Below are positions 39,774 through 53,270 of a stretch of DNA of 64,000 bases, in pieces; position 1 is the stretch's first letter, and every line of letters begins with the position of its first letter. The DNA lies in assembly GCA_035084275.1 (NCBI GenBank), contig CM068744.1, forward strand, positions 2,604,001 through 2,668,000, given 5' to 3'. The DNA comes from Hydrolagus colliei. Its lineage: Eukaryota. The notes below the pieces were generated by a model. That model saw only the letters and a list, made by a program, of their open reading frames with translations, was not told the origin of the DNA and ran no database searches. Made by a program: the position numbers and the translations under genes.

Positions 39774-40506
39774 ACATTAAACAAGGATAGGACTGAGCCC
39801 AAATGTGATGCTAGTAATCGTTAAATAAATTCTGACACACTATCATAATGCAATGAATGACCACTTGCTGAAGCAACTATAAGATCCAAGTGTGCACTGA
39901 ACCTCAGCAAGAGCTCTAGCTTCCTCAGAAGGCAAAGGGAAAACTAGCGATGTGTGTATATATTTTAAAAAATTGTATATATAACTAAACATAATTGCAA
40001 TACTGTATGGATGTATCACACTTTGATTCTTTAGTTTCACACTGACCCAAACTTTACCATAGACCAGAAAAAAAAAGTTCTAAAACACCTATAAAATAAT
40101 CCTCGCCTGAAACCAATCATTGTGAACCATCTATCGGAGTGAGTCGCATGTGTGCACATCTCTTGACAAACAAATTCGACACACGATTAGAATTCAATTC
40201 TAAAGTGTCGTTTACTTCTTTGTAAAACTAAATGAACTCATTTTGAGAACCAAGTTGTTAAGATGATGGCATCATGGACAGAAAGGAGAACATGGAATTT
40301 CAACACAGATAAAGTAGTTATGTAAATCTGGAATAATTACTTGCTCTTTTCCTGTACTTAAGATTGCACACAACAACAACTTGCGATTATGTAGTGCCTG
40401 GTAGCATCTCAGAGCGCTTACTTAGTTGAGGCGTACTGACTCTTTCCACTATAATGTGCCTCCATAAATGAATATGTCTGTGATATGTATAGAATTATGT
40501 ATTATA

Positions 40507-40814
40507 CAGTGAAATCCTGTTAATTGAACACTCAGTCTGACAGCGAAAACTGTCAGATAAACCAAACCTTTCACAGAACCGGAAAAAACGTAAGAAGAGA
40601 CTCAGCTGAAGCGAGAATGTCCAGCCACACCGGAAATGCTCTCTTCCACCTCTCAGACACAAATAATTCATATATCCGGTATTCAGTTAATTGATCTACA
40701 TTCTTAAACTAGGTGTGCAAACGATTTGGACATAATTTCTTTCATGATTTTAAAATTGTATTCAATAAACCAGACTATTCAATTATCAAATAATCAATTA
40801 ATCAAATTTCACTG
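40507..40814. mobile_element. Tc1/mariner (pogo/Tigger-like) MITE
   Basis: TA|CAGTGAAATcctgTTAATTGA ... TCAATTAAtcaaATTTCACTG|TA: terminal inverted repeats with TA target duplication. Confidence 0.8.
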
Positions 40815-40846
40815 TATAGATTCAAACATAACATGAACCTTTAGAG

Positions 40847-41210
40847 TAGGTTCTGTTGATATGGAAATTTTCCGATATCGATATATCGGTTGGCCCATAT
40901 CGTTATATACCGATATATCTATATCGTGGGTATTTTTGTCCTGCGCATGCGCGCGTATTCAGGGGTGCGCACGCATTCCGGTGTGCGTGCCACGCGCATT
41001 CGGATATCGACAAGGTAAGTTGAAAAAGTTTGCATTATACTGATATAACCGATATAACTGATATATCGCTGGACATGATATACCAATATTTGCAATATAC
41101 AATTTTTTTAATATATCAAATTTTTGGATATAGCAATATATTTGAATTTCCAATATCGGCATATCGATATGGAAAATTATACCGATATATCAATATATCA
41201 CCGGACACTA
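40847..41210 (+). mobile_element. hAT-like MITE copy 1
   Basis: TIRs TAGGTTCTGTTGATAT / ATATCACCGGACACTA, with many internal CGATAT repeats. Confidence 0.75.
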
Positions 41211-41232
41211 GAGTTACACACAGTATACACAC

Positions 41233-41608
41233 TAGTGTCCGGCGATATATCGGTTATATCGATATAATTTTTCATATCGATATGCCGATATTGGAATTTA
41301 AAATATATCGGTATATCGAAAAATTCAGAATCAAAAATAATATCGGTATATCGTAAATATCGGTATATCATGTCCGGCGATATATCGATATTTTGGTATT
41401 ATGGGTATAATGCAAACTTTTTGAACTTACCTTGTTGCTGGCATTGCAAACCTCCTGGGCCTAGAGCACGGAACGCACACGCACCCCCCCCGAATGCGCG
41501 CGCACATGCGCAGTATAAAAAACCCCGGAAATATCGATATATCGGTATACATCGTTATGAGCCCACTGATGTATCCATTTCGGAACATTTTCATATCGAC
41601 GGACCCTA
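41233..41608 (-). mobile_element. hAT-like MITE copy 2 (inverted relative to copy 1)
   Basis: TIRs TAGTGTCCGGCGATAT / ATATCGACGGACCCTA; 8-bp flanks atacacac/agacacac (7/8 match), consistent with a hAT TSD. Confidence 0.8.
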
Positions 41609-43635
41609 AGACACACATATACTCAATTTGCCTTTAACACTATGGGCTCCAACCAATGGCTTAGACTTTAGAAATATGAACATATTTTGCTGGTGTAAAC
41701 ATCTAAATATTGCACTGCGTAACATGCACTGTACAACACGCCAATATGAATTATATTCTGTTATATTGTCAGGTAAAAAGAAAATCTCTGCAATATAATA
41801 TCTAAAAAAAGTCTTTGTTTAAATATGTAGAAATATACCTTAACCTATAATATTTGTAAAACGTTACAAAGAGTACTATCCGGGAGTTCTGTGAATTTAT
41901 CACCAAACCCTAAGTTGTGCAACTCTACCCTGAACATATAGTCACTGTTTGTCAAGCATTGCTCTGGCAGAAGATTTCTGCATTTTAGGTACATCTTGCA
42001 ATCCAATTTCAAGAAGGAGATGAGAAAAAAATCAGTTAGACATTTTGTAAAAATCTGACACAACATTTCTATTGATAGTAAATTAACAGGGAACCGTGAA
42101 GAATGGCACTACAGAGTACCTAATTACGGTTTCCAAAGTTATGAATGGCTTTTTTAAGATAAATAGAGAAAAAATAAATTCAATGATCGGTGAGCTGGTG
42201 AAAAGATGACATTAATTTAGGATTATGAGCAGAAGTAAAAAAAAAAGTAACAGTTTGTTAGAACGTGGACATTTTACTTTAATGGCTATTGCAGCAAAGT
42301 CTGTAACGTTAGAAAGAGAATTGAGGGATTGCTTGAAAAAAATATTGAAGGTAGCTACTGAAGGTAGCTACTGGCACAATGGGCCAAATTGCCTCCTTTT
42401 GTGCTGTAAATATTCTGTGATCAGAACACATTTGACCACATCTAGAGAATATTAACTGGTACAGTATATTATTCAGACTCAAACATTACTTAACCATAAG
42501 TGCACTATAGCTTATAATTTGTAAAGTTACTTTCCCCTACCTGGTAAACTTAGTAAACTTGGTAAACTTGGTAAACAGTCAATACATTCCTTGCTTTCCC
42601 TTTCTAAGTGAAGTTCCTAATTTTAATGGTATTTCCTATCATTAAGTCAATATTGTGACATTCCTAAAAATATTCAGTTCCTTAATAGTTTAATACACTG
42701 TTCTACAAGTTACTCCTTTGTGTACACAATGTCAACAGTTAGTACATGTGCCAACAAGGGAAGCATAATTTAATAGCGTATTAATACAGTTACCAATAAG
42801 TTTTCAAATAGGTTGATATTGTTTGTAAACCAGCTAGTGATCTGTACATTTAAAAGTGATTTTTTTGGTCTGGAGAAAATTTCCAGCTTTTTAATCACCA
42901 TGAATTGTTTTGTGTTGTGACTTGCATCAAGGGGACATAATACCAATTTTTTTTTAATTGACCTATGAACTTCTGACTGATTTTACTGCCTAACTGAATT
43001 GAGTTTCAACAGGTGCCAAATGGAATGAAAAGGATTAAGAAATTGGGGTATATTCTACATAGAGCCTTGGTATTATTGAAAGGTTTTATTCTACTCTAAC
43101 CACCAGAGGCCTAGCATTTCACAAGCCTTGGTCTTAAAACTATTGTATTAAAAATAAGATTTAAGGACAATTTGGAAAAACATTTAAATTCTGTCTAAAT
43201 CTGGAATTTGTTCAGTTCAACAGTGATTATTTCCTTGGAATTTGGCTAGGTTAAATTGAGAACGTTTTAATGAAAATCACAGTCCTCAGAAAATAATGTG
43301 AAAAGAACTGGCATATATTGTGAACTGCTTATAACTGAGGCAAATTATGAAACACGAAACAAGGCAACGGGAGGATTTTTGGTGGCCACCAAAATCTAAA
43401 TTATGCAAAGTACTTGTTTACCCCCAAACTAAATAACATAAAAGAGAAATAATCTGAGAATGGGATTTCGAAGCGGGCAAAGGAGGAATTAAGCGTGCAA
43501 ACATGAGCTGTGCAAAAGAAACCCTCAGTTTTAAAGATGAAGCCTTTATCCTATATTCAGTTGAACAATAGCGATAAACATCTTGAAGGTGTGATACGTG
43601 TGGTGTGTTTGGTACTCAGTGTAGCATGTTTACTT

Positions 43636-43998
43636 CTATTTAGTCGGAGGGTCAGCTATGGGAGTGCTCTTGTTATATTTCTGCCCAATACCGTACGGAA
43701 CGTGTGCTGCGACGGTCCCCAGCTCCTGAGCTCCTGTAATGTGAAACATCTGGTCGTCAAAGAAAATGTGAGGCCGGATTTTTTCTAAGAGTGGGCCTTT
43801 CGGGGCTCCAGCGAGGAAGAGCGCTTCGTCAATCTCCAGCCCCCAGCTCCGCAGGGTCTTCAATACCCGAGCTCCAGAACTAGCGGCACTCCTCGCTGTG
43901 ACAAGATAGGTCCGGATAGGACAATCCATACGTAAATCTTTGGCGTAGAACTTCCGCTGAAGTTTCCCAAGCGCTTCTAGAAAGCCTTTCAGTGGCCC
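43636..43998 (-). CDS. NT5C1B: Gene A cN-I terminal coding exon 6 (HAD motifs II-IV)
   Basis: ag|[120 protein letters not shown]. The six exons sum to 1101 bp = 366 aa + stop. Confidence 0.96.
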   Translation of the reverse strand, partial: GPLKGFLEALGKLQRKFYAKDLRMDCPIRTYLVTARSAASSGARVLKTLRSWGLEIDEALFLAGAPKGPLLEKIRPHIFFDDQMFHITGAQELGTVAAHVPYGIGQKYNKSTPIADPPTK

Positions 43999-44567
43999 CT
44001 ATTGGTGAAAAAAGAGAGCCAGTTATATCAGAAGTTGCTGCGGAGTTGCCTTTAAATGTGAGTTATCTTCAAACTCTCGCACAACTCGGCACAGACTCGA
44101 TGGGCCAAATGGCCTACTTTTGTGCCGTAGGATTCTATGGCTCCCATTGCTTGCGTCTCTCTGGCTAGCTTAAAACTGAACTGCACAATTCAGAAAGAGC
44201 AAGGTTGAGGTCTGGGCTGAACCCAATCTAGGCAGCAGCATAACATCAGGGAAGATCAGACAGGCCTCTGAGTCTGCAACTGTATACTGTGACCCCTGCT
44301 GTAAAGTGTGATTCTCTTATTCCACCCCCACCCACCCACACAAACGCAAACACACACATGAACACACTCTCACACTCACTCACACACACGAACACACACA
44401 CAGTGTGAGCAGTGAACACTAATATTATTCTGCTATTTTGAACACAAAATATACAGTCAATTCACGTGACAGTGTATTCTGTGAAGCACTTTGAGACATC
44501 TCAATGATGTGATAAGGCGCTGTATCAGATGTCGATGATTGTTTGTATTAAACGTCACGGTCAGTAC

Positions 44568-44752
44568 CTGTGCAAGTGGCTTGTTTTCGTACTTCTGCTC
44601 ATGTTCGAAAAAGGTATCCAAGCCATGAAGTTTCACAATCTGCTCAGACTCGTCAGAGAAGAGCACAGCATCGCCATCGAACGCCACCCTCAGCTGTTCA
44701 TCTGAAAGCTCCTGGTCTTTCTTGGTCTGGAACATGGTCGCTGCCGCGATTT
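44568..44752 (-). CDS. NT5C1B: Gene A cN-I coding exon 5 (HAD motif I, DGD)
   Basis: ag|(E)[61 protein letters not shown]|gt, 185 bp. Confidence 0.96.
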
Positions 44753-46364
44753 CTGAGATCACAGAAATCAGAGGATTCGTGTCAGTGCGAAATAGCGCGA
44801 TAACGCGAGGCCTGACTGCGAGCGCAAACCACTAGGGTGGTACCAACCCGCTGGCAGTCTAATGGGTGTTAAATTGTGAACCAGATTGATTGATCTGTGT
44901 ATCTGGAGGACGTTGGCACAGAGTGGAACGTTAAGCAGGTTTGGTAGATACAGTGAATCTCAAGACTCTCCTCTTCCACGGACCCATCGGCAACTCCCAA
45001 TCCTCCCCTTCCCCCCCGTCCCCAGCTCAGGTCTGAAGCAATGACTGTCCGGTGTCTTGGTACATCCTCCTGACATGAAAGGCGCTATAACCCTACACAA
45101 GTGTCATTTTTTTTATTGTTGTTGTTATGTTGCCACCTCCAACCTCACCTTGAGGATTTATTTGAAGCTCTACCTTTTCTGCAGTCCTGTAGCTTAGTGG
45201 TTAGAGCACTCACTTCTCAAGCGAGAGACCTGGGATTGATTCCCGACGGGGAGAAACGTTGTGCAAGTTTCCTCACTCAACACACCTCTATCATTAAAAT
45301 GTTTTAATAAACATATACTACCGTTGCTGAACCAACTGAGGTTGAAAATGCTTTTCACCAAACGTGCAAAACACTGAACTCCAAAGTGTTATCCATTCCA
45401 GATACAATGGAACAACTGACGATGAAGCTCGCGATTCAACTTTGCCCCACACTCAGTCTGCCCTGTGTCAGCTGGGTCATAACCTTTAAGATGTCTCGAA
45501 GACATGATAAGGCGCGATATCAAGTGCAAGGATTATTATTTTTAAAAAACATTCCTTTTAAAGTATGCAAACAAAGCACCATCTATTGCATGTTTAAGTT
45601 GAACTTCCCCTAATTTGTAAGATTTTCATTTCAAAGAGTCCCATTTACACCAACCGACCGAGCGCACGGCCTTTTCTTACAGGAAATGGTCGAGTGAGAA
45701 ACGAAAAATGATAGTTCCTGCCTCTAAATTGCATTCACGAGTAATGGTGCGAGTTGTGTGTGCATATCTCCGTATGTCTTTATTTTACACTCGGGAGGAA
45801 GGCCGCTTAGTGGCTTCATAAAGGGTACTCCCCACCAACCCAACCCATTGCTTGACTTTAGTGTGCCTGTGATGCAGCCTTGGACATATTTCTGGGTGAG
45901 GAGGTTAGAAGGGTGAAATAAAAACTCTCACATCTGTTTTTATGAAGGTTTCAATAATAGTTAATAATCCTTGCATTTGATACACCAAGTTTATTCAGTG
46001 AGGGTGGCCCCAAAATGTTTCACAGGAGTTACTGAAAAGCGTAGTAATTGGTAGATTTCGTAGGCCAACATGACAGCCAATTTGTGTACAGCACTGTCCC
46101 ACACAGCCACAGAGTAAATGACACATTTCATTCAGAGGAATGTTGGCCAGGACACTTGGGAGAAATTCCCTTCTCGTTTTGAATAGTGGTATGGGATCTC
46201 TGGATGTCAGTGTTGTTAAGGTCAGTACAGATATCTACACTAGAGACTGGACTCAGTTTTTGTGTAATAGATGCCATTTAACCACAAACTCGGCTGTACT
46301 GCATGTGCAGGGCAACGCAAATGGCAAATGGGCTTCACTCAGAGATCCCCCATGTTGTACGTCT

Positions 46365-46775
46365 TGTCTCTGTGAGTTTGTGATTGTCTGTGTGTGTCCC
46401 TCTCTATGTTCCCGTGTCTCTCTGTATGTATGTATGTATGTATGTATGTGTCTCTATGTATCTGAGTGCCTCTCTCCATGTGTTTGTATCTATGTGAGTG
46501 TCTCTCTCCTCTCTGTTTGTGAGTGTCTCAATGTGAGTGTGTTTCTCTCCTCTGTATATGTTTGTGTGTATTTTTGAGTGTCTATGTGAGTGTCTCTCTC
46601 TCTCCTGTATGTGTGCGCGTTTATAAGTGGGAATGTGTAAGTGTCTCTCTCATTTGCCTGTCTGTGTGTGTGCTTCTCCCTCTCTCTTTGTGTCTACGTG
46701 TTTGTCAGTGTGTCTCTCTTTCTGAGAACATGCGTCTCTCTGTGTCAGTGACTATGTCTCTCTCTGCGTGTGTTT
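46365..46775. repeat. degenerate TG/TC-rich low-complexity tract including (TATG)n
   Basis: Seen directly in the sequence. Confidence 0.85.
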
Positions 46776-49099
46776 CTGGACCACCCAGTTTTGGTTGAAA
46801 AAATAATTAATTTTTTTACAATAATCTAATATGTAGTATTTTCTCGTGTTTATTTTTTAATCAATAAAGTGAAAAACTATAGGCCAATAAAACATACTTC
46901 AACAGCACCAATCAACCAATTCCCTGCAATTTTCAGCAAAATCCATCAAACATTTCCCCGTATTTTTCTGCAACATTTTCAAATCTCTTTGCAGTTTTGG
47001 GGGCAAGTATTTTCACACTTTTCTATCGATACAGTTTTACAGTCACAGTTTGATATAATCCCCACATGAACTAATTAACCTCTGTACAACAGATAGATCC
47101 AGTTTCACTCACACTCTGGTTGTTTCACTTTTGTTACATGGCAGGGACAGATTCTGAAGGATTCCCTCAGGAAAGACCACGGCCTCCCCAGTTCTAAACC
47201 GCTAACAAAAGTATTTAGCAAAGGATACTGACAGCCTGATGTACAAGCAACCAAAGATGCTCTAAAGTTAACAGCACTATTCAGGAAAATATTACTGGGG
47301 TTCCACAGCTGTAAAAAAAACTAAATGCATGGCTGCCACCTTGTCAAAGCTCATCTACAGCTTGAAACCTCGTCTCATGACTCAGTGTGATGTACATGGA
47401 TTTCCCTGCAAAAATAATACATTTATACAGCATTGCAAGATTTGTTCCTGGTAGAGGAATACCATTAAGGCCATTGCTCTCCCAGGATGCTTTTCAAAGT
47501 CTTCTGCAAAAGGGATCACCGATCACTAAAGTGGGTCTGACTCGGCAGCTGAAACTCAAGAAACTGTGAATCCTGAGTTTTATCTGAATCACAGGATTCA
47601 CACAATCCACAGATCCGAGTTTTTCAGGGTTTGAGTGGCTTTTGCATTTTGAATAACAACTAATAAGAAATTCTGAAATTGCCCTATTCAAGGCCAGCGA
47701 ACAGTGTAGATAAACAGTATTTCACAGTAACATAGCACCGCACTGACAGACACCCTTCCTTTGTAGAGTGCGTAATCATTTCCTGTGTAAGTGCCATGTC
47801 GACAGCCTACACTAACCGCTTCCACTCACTGCAGTTACTTTACAATCATTCACGTTGAGGATAATTCCTGTCTAGTCACTCTTATTTCTGTGTTGCACTT
47901 ATTTGAAACTACTTGATATCCTGTAATTTACCTGAGCATAAATTAAAAGCATTTGTTTTGGCAACAATTGGCTCCTGAATCTATTTTTCGCCTAACTTTT
48001 TCCGTTCTCCCTGCTGTATGTTTTTTTGTTCCCTCTGCATCTGCTCCTTTAATGTACTTCCTCGCCCTTCCTGCTTTGAACTGTGAACAAACAATACAAT
48101 GTAATAATCCTGGCTTTAACCAGAGCTACAGTATTCCACAAAAGAATCAATCACCTGCCTTTGTCTGCTTCACAATGAAGTCATTCCTCCGTGACTCAGC
48201 AAGTACAGCCTTCTCGATGTATCGCTTCAAAGTAATTATCTCCATGAAATACTCAATTTGCAAAGTAAAGATCAGGTTTATCCCATGTTTATTACTGCAA
48301 TACACTACGCAGCTGCTGCAAATACAGCACAGATGAATACCTGGGCAGAGTTTGATTCTGGATGGGGTGAAACCTTAGATACATTTCAATACAAACACAC
48401 CTATGTTTACCTAGCAGTATGTTGTTAGTCGATTGATGGACTGCTTTTCTGAGGATTATTGTTTTTTTTAATGTGATCGCTCAATCCACCACTTTTTGTA
48501 GGCTACAGCTTTGCGCAATTAGTTGGACCCTTTCGCCCACAAAATATACAGTCACTACACATTCAGTTAATTATGTGAAGTGCTTTGAGACAGATTGGAG
48601 ACATGATAAGGCACCATATCAAATGCAAGGGTTATTATTATTTTCCACCGTTCATTGACCATTTCGATGCCTGGATGATGGGGTTCAACTATAATGCATG
48701 GGATGGGTTGAGGCTTTCAAAATAACGAATAGAATTGATAAGCCAAATAGGGAATGCCTGAAGCCTTTGGTGGAGGGAATCGAAAACAAGTCTGTCAGGA
48801 AGGCAAGTGCCCCTATTACCATCTGTGTCCTTAGCAACTTAGTCCTGCTGCCCCAAATAGTCAACCATCTGGGTGATTTGGAGAGAAGGATTAAGAGGGA
48901 ATGGGGGGTGGGGTGGGGGGGGGAAGATCTGAGATCACAGCACTGAGTGAGAGAGGATTCCACACATCAACACAGGACTGTTCGTAAGGCAGCCACACAC
49001 GAACAAAAGGTCATCATTTCTATTCTTGTGCTACTGAACAAGACGGTTTATTGCCTCTTAACAAACCGTCGGACACTGGGTTCAGTGGTCATTCCTTAC

Positions 49100-49222
49100 C
49101 TGCCTCTATTGCTTCTTGTACTTTCTCAGAATCGGCAGAAAGGTAGAGATTGGTGAGATAGGCTGTCAGATATCCAATAGGGCTATTTCCACCCGTCATA
49201 CAGAACCTTTCAATCGATAGAC
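49100..49222 (-). CDS. NT5C1B: Gene A cN-I coding exon 4
   Basis: ag|(G)[40 protein letters not shown]|gtaagg, 123 bp, phase 1-1. Confidence 0.95.
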
Positions 49223-50131
49223 CTGGTGAAAAAGAGGTAAACAGAAGAATGAGTCAACACTGTCAGCCAATGCTAAGCATAGTTTGTTAAAGCACGTGTA
49301 TAATCTTGTATATGTAAAACCGGCCTTTGTACTAAATTAACAGTGAAGCAGTGGGACTCAATTTATTAGTCTATCTAATTTGTCATTTTTTAAAAAAAAA
49401 TCCTGAGAGAATCAAGAATTTACAAACTGATTTGAATACTCTACAGTTCTGTTCACAGCAAAAAGTGTGAACATCACTAATTTGCATACAGCAAAATGCC
49501 AGTATCCAAACAAGATAGCAAGGTTTAATTAACACTTCTGTCCTCCTGCAATTCTTACATTTAGGCTCATGCATTTTGAGGCTGGAAAATTGCTGATTAC
49601 TACAGTAATAATGCTGCTCAGATCTCAAGGGCATATCATTGATGTAATATTAATATGCATTGGAATCATTCTAAATAAAGAGTACTTTTTTGCTCTGCTC
49701 CCCCCCTTTCCTTATTCTCTCCACCTTTCCTGTATTAAAATTATTCAGAATGATTAATGATAGATTAACGATACCTTATTCAAAATGACTTTTGTTATTT
49801 GTTGCTAACATTCATTTGACATTACTTCTTTTCTTATTTGCTTTTACAATTTGAATGTTTTTTCACTGAATTGGCCTCCACTCCTCCAAAATTCTCACTG
49901 TATATTCATGTTGCACAGTCACTGAGTAACATAGGAAAACAGAAATACAAGGACATTCACAGGAACAAAAAATTTACCACCTAATGTTATTTTAAGGTTC
50001 AATGCAGACGTTGACAAGTTCGAAGAGCTATGTTTACATCATTTGGGTTTCACACCAGCTGAAATGTAATTTAAGCTGTATCTCAAATGTCACTTATCGA
50101 GTTGATAAAAGAATCTATGCGGCTGTTTGTA

Positions 50132-50414
50132 TGTGGATTCCTGTAGCTCAGTGGTTAGAGCGTGCATCTCGCAAGCAAGAGACCTGGGTTTGATTCCTGG
50201 TAGGGAAGAAGCTTGGGCAAGTTTCCTTACTCTACAAGGCTGATAGTAGTCCCTCAATCCCAGACTGTTTGCGGGACACCGATGTGCGTAATTGGCTGCC
50301 GCGTTTCACCCACAAATATACGGTCAATTCCCTTTATAGTATATTCTGTGAAGAGCTTTGAGACGTCTGGAAGACGTAAAAACACTATATCAAATACAAG
50401 GATTATTATTATTA
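50132..50414 (+). mobile_element. tRNA-derived SINE
   Basis: tggattcctgtagctcagtggttagagcg head, core, and ...caaatacaaggattattattatt tail. Confidence 0.85.
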
Positions 50415-50841
50415 ATGTATGGACAGTAAAAAGCTGACGATACAGCTCACGGAACTCTGCACCAACAATTATATCTGATTAACAGAACTGTGCTCCACTT
50501 TGCCCAAGTTCAGAGCAGGTTCTGCTGTGTTGATGAGTGTAGCCAGTCCTGGTTCCTGGTTATCAAGCTGCACTGTAACTTGCGAATGATGGGATACAAT
50601 AGGTTCATTTTCATATTACGCACTTTGAAAACATTGTTTGGATTGTCAAACTATTTTAAAATGGTAATAACAATAATTTTTGTTTTATACAAAATCTTTC
50701 GCTTTATTTTGTGTTATTCTTCATTTACAAAGCACAAAAGACGGATTATTATTGTATTATTTGTTAACAAAATATTCCAAAATAAGTTTGGTGTCAAATG
50801 TTTCAATTCTCTCTCCTGTCTAAGAATACAGTTAATATTTA

Positions 50842-51533
50842 CAGTAGAAGCCCATTTATCCATTTATCTGCGACTTGATGAACCAGCACTTCCGTATAAC
50901 CGGCTCGCCCAAAAAAGTCCCCATTCGATAAACCAGAACTTATCTGGAACAATAGAGGTGGGGCATTTGTAAATGCATAAATAATAACAGAATATTGTAT
51001 TGGTACTTATTGTTAAAACTACTCTCTTGCACTTCTCACCTTTGCTGCTGGATGCTGCGCTTGAAGCCATGATGCTGCAGTTGAGGTTTATAGTCCAGCG
51101 ATTCTTTTTAAAATGGAGGACACCAAGCGGGTGAAAAAATGGAGTTCGACTTTAAAGCCTTACTAGCGGCAAGCCGATAATCCTAGCCGATAACCCACAT
51201 TGTCACGCAGGTACGGTATTTCGGCTTGCCGCTAGTAAAGTCGCGCTGCCATTTTTTTCACCCGCATGGCGTCCTCCATTTAAAAAAGAATCGCTGGACT
51301 GTAAACCTCAACCAGTAAAAGTGAGAAGCGCAAGAGAGTAGTTTTAACAATAAGTACCAATACAATATTCTGTTATTATCTGTTATTATTTAGTCTGGTG
51401 TGTATGGTGTGTGTTAAAAGAACTTCCATTTTTTTGTGGTGGGTTTTTGGCCGCGGGCCACCCGAATATCTGGTAGACGCTTTAACCGGCATTGGCCAGG
51501 ACCCGTGGGGGCCAGATACACAGAGTTTTACTG
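50842..51533. mobile_element. pogo/Tigger-like non-autonomous DNA element with internal palindrome
   Basis: TA|CAGTAGAAGCCC..TTATC left end and GATACACAGAGTTTTACTG right end; long internal inverted repeat 50979-51379. Confidence 0.7.
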
Positions 51534-51745
51534 TTAGCTCAGTGATTAGAGCACTCGCCTTACAAGCATGAGACCTGTGTTCAAATCCAGGCGGGTCAGG
51601 GCAAAGCCTTGGGTAAGTTTCCTTACTCCACACACACGCCTAATAATAATCCATCCATTAAAAACCACAATAATAAATTTGGTCATTTCAATCCACGCAA
51701 TTGGATGCCGCGTTTCGCCCACGAATATACAGTCAATTCACAATT
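51534..51745 (+). mobile_element. tRNA-derived SINE (partial)
   Basis: tagctcagtgattagagcactcgccttacaagcatgagacctgtgttcaaatcc. Confidence 0.8.
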
Positions 51746-52270
51746 CGCGGAGTGGGTGAGTTACGTAAAATAGCCCAGTGTTTGCTGAGTAAAGGAAGAG
51801 GGCTTGTCAGTGTGATTCAAGGAGGTGACAAAGGTGGCTAAAGGGCTGATGGATCTGAACTTAGTTGGTTGGAAGATAGGAAGCTAACAGAGCTGGGGTA
51901 AGTGGATGGACTAAGGGACTCTGGTGCCACAGATCACACAGTTCTGTCTTTGGGCAGCAGAGTTTTGAATGTAGCCTGTGCGTGGAAGAAATAAATAGTT
52001 AAGGCCTCACTCAGTTCTCTGGGGGAAAAAAGTCATGAGGACGTCCCAAGGCGATGAACAATCAGGTCGGGACTCGAGCAGGGGCGGGGTGTGGAGTAGG
52101 GGGAAGGAGGGTAGGAGAGGAGGAATGACTATGACAAGCTGTACAGCAAAGGGACTAGTATTCCTGTGACTGTAGAAAAAACAGTGCTGTTAGAAAAGTG
52201 CAGTTTGTAGACAAGTTTGAGGAATGATATACAAGTTATCAAAAAAAGTCAAGTTGCTCTGTGAACCTAC

Positions 52271-52400
52271 CATAGTGATTAATGCTGTTGATCAGTCTTA
52301 CTCCTACTTGGGCGTGATTATTGGTCATCAGAACAATGTCAAATATCTCATCACTGTCAGGGTAAAGTTCACGCAGTCGCTCATTAACGTTTTCCAGTGC
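52271..52400 (-). CDS. NT5C1B: Gene A cN-I coding exon 3
   Basis: ag|[44 protein letters not shown]|gtagg, 130 bp. Confidence 0.95.
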
Positions 52401-53206
52401 CTAGAGGGAATGAAATCGTTAAGGGCTAACGGAAGATATTTTCTGAGATCAACATATAATTTGAACGATCGTTCGAAGAAAGAAGCGCAGATATTGCATT
52501 TTGGAGACCTGCATTGATGCTCTCTCTCCTCACCTCGTGGAACCAGTCCAGAACCTCGATATCTTGTTTGACTCAACAATCCCACAAGCCCTACAATCTG
52601 GACTTTCACTCACTCAGCTTTCTCTCTCTGATGCAACATTGCTTGCCTCTGAAACCATCTTTCCCTCTAGGCTGCCAGGAAAGCCTCATCCAACACCTTC
52701 ATCATGTCCAGGTTCAATTATTCCAATGCTCTGCTCAACAGATTCACTACACAAACTCAGACGATACAGAACTTGCAGGGCATGTTCTATTCCGCAGCGG
52801 AATCCATAAGCCTATTACNNNNNNNNNNNNNNNNNNNNNNNNNNNNNNNNNNNNNNNNNNNNNNNNNNNNNNNNNNNNNNNNNNNNNNNNNNNNNNNNNN
52901 NNNNNNNNNNNNNNNNNNNNNNNNNNNNNNNNNNNNNNNNNNNNNNNNNNNNNNNNNCTCATATTTCATGGTTATTTTCATCAAAGGCAGTGTCTGCTCT
53001 TGCAAACAAACAGCATCCCATGTGCAACCATGAGGTGAGTGACACGTTATTGCATATCACACAGAACTAGATCAGATGATATAGACTGACATGTGATGAA
53101 ACGTGTCTGGAAATGAAAATGGCCCTTTTCCTTGTCCTTACAAATTCTCCAGATTTAGAATCTGCATCTATCTTTGGCCTCCAGTAATTTACTTTCTATA
53201 TTTTAC

Positions 53207-53207
<1 letters not shown>

Positions 53208-53242
<35 letters not shown>

Positions 53243-53270
53243 GGTTAGTTGGTCAGTTGGTTAGTTGGTT
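53208..53270. repeat. (GTTA)n/(GTTG)n tetranucleotide repeat
   Basis: Seen directly in the sequence. Confidence 0.95.
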
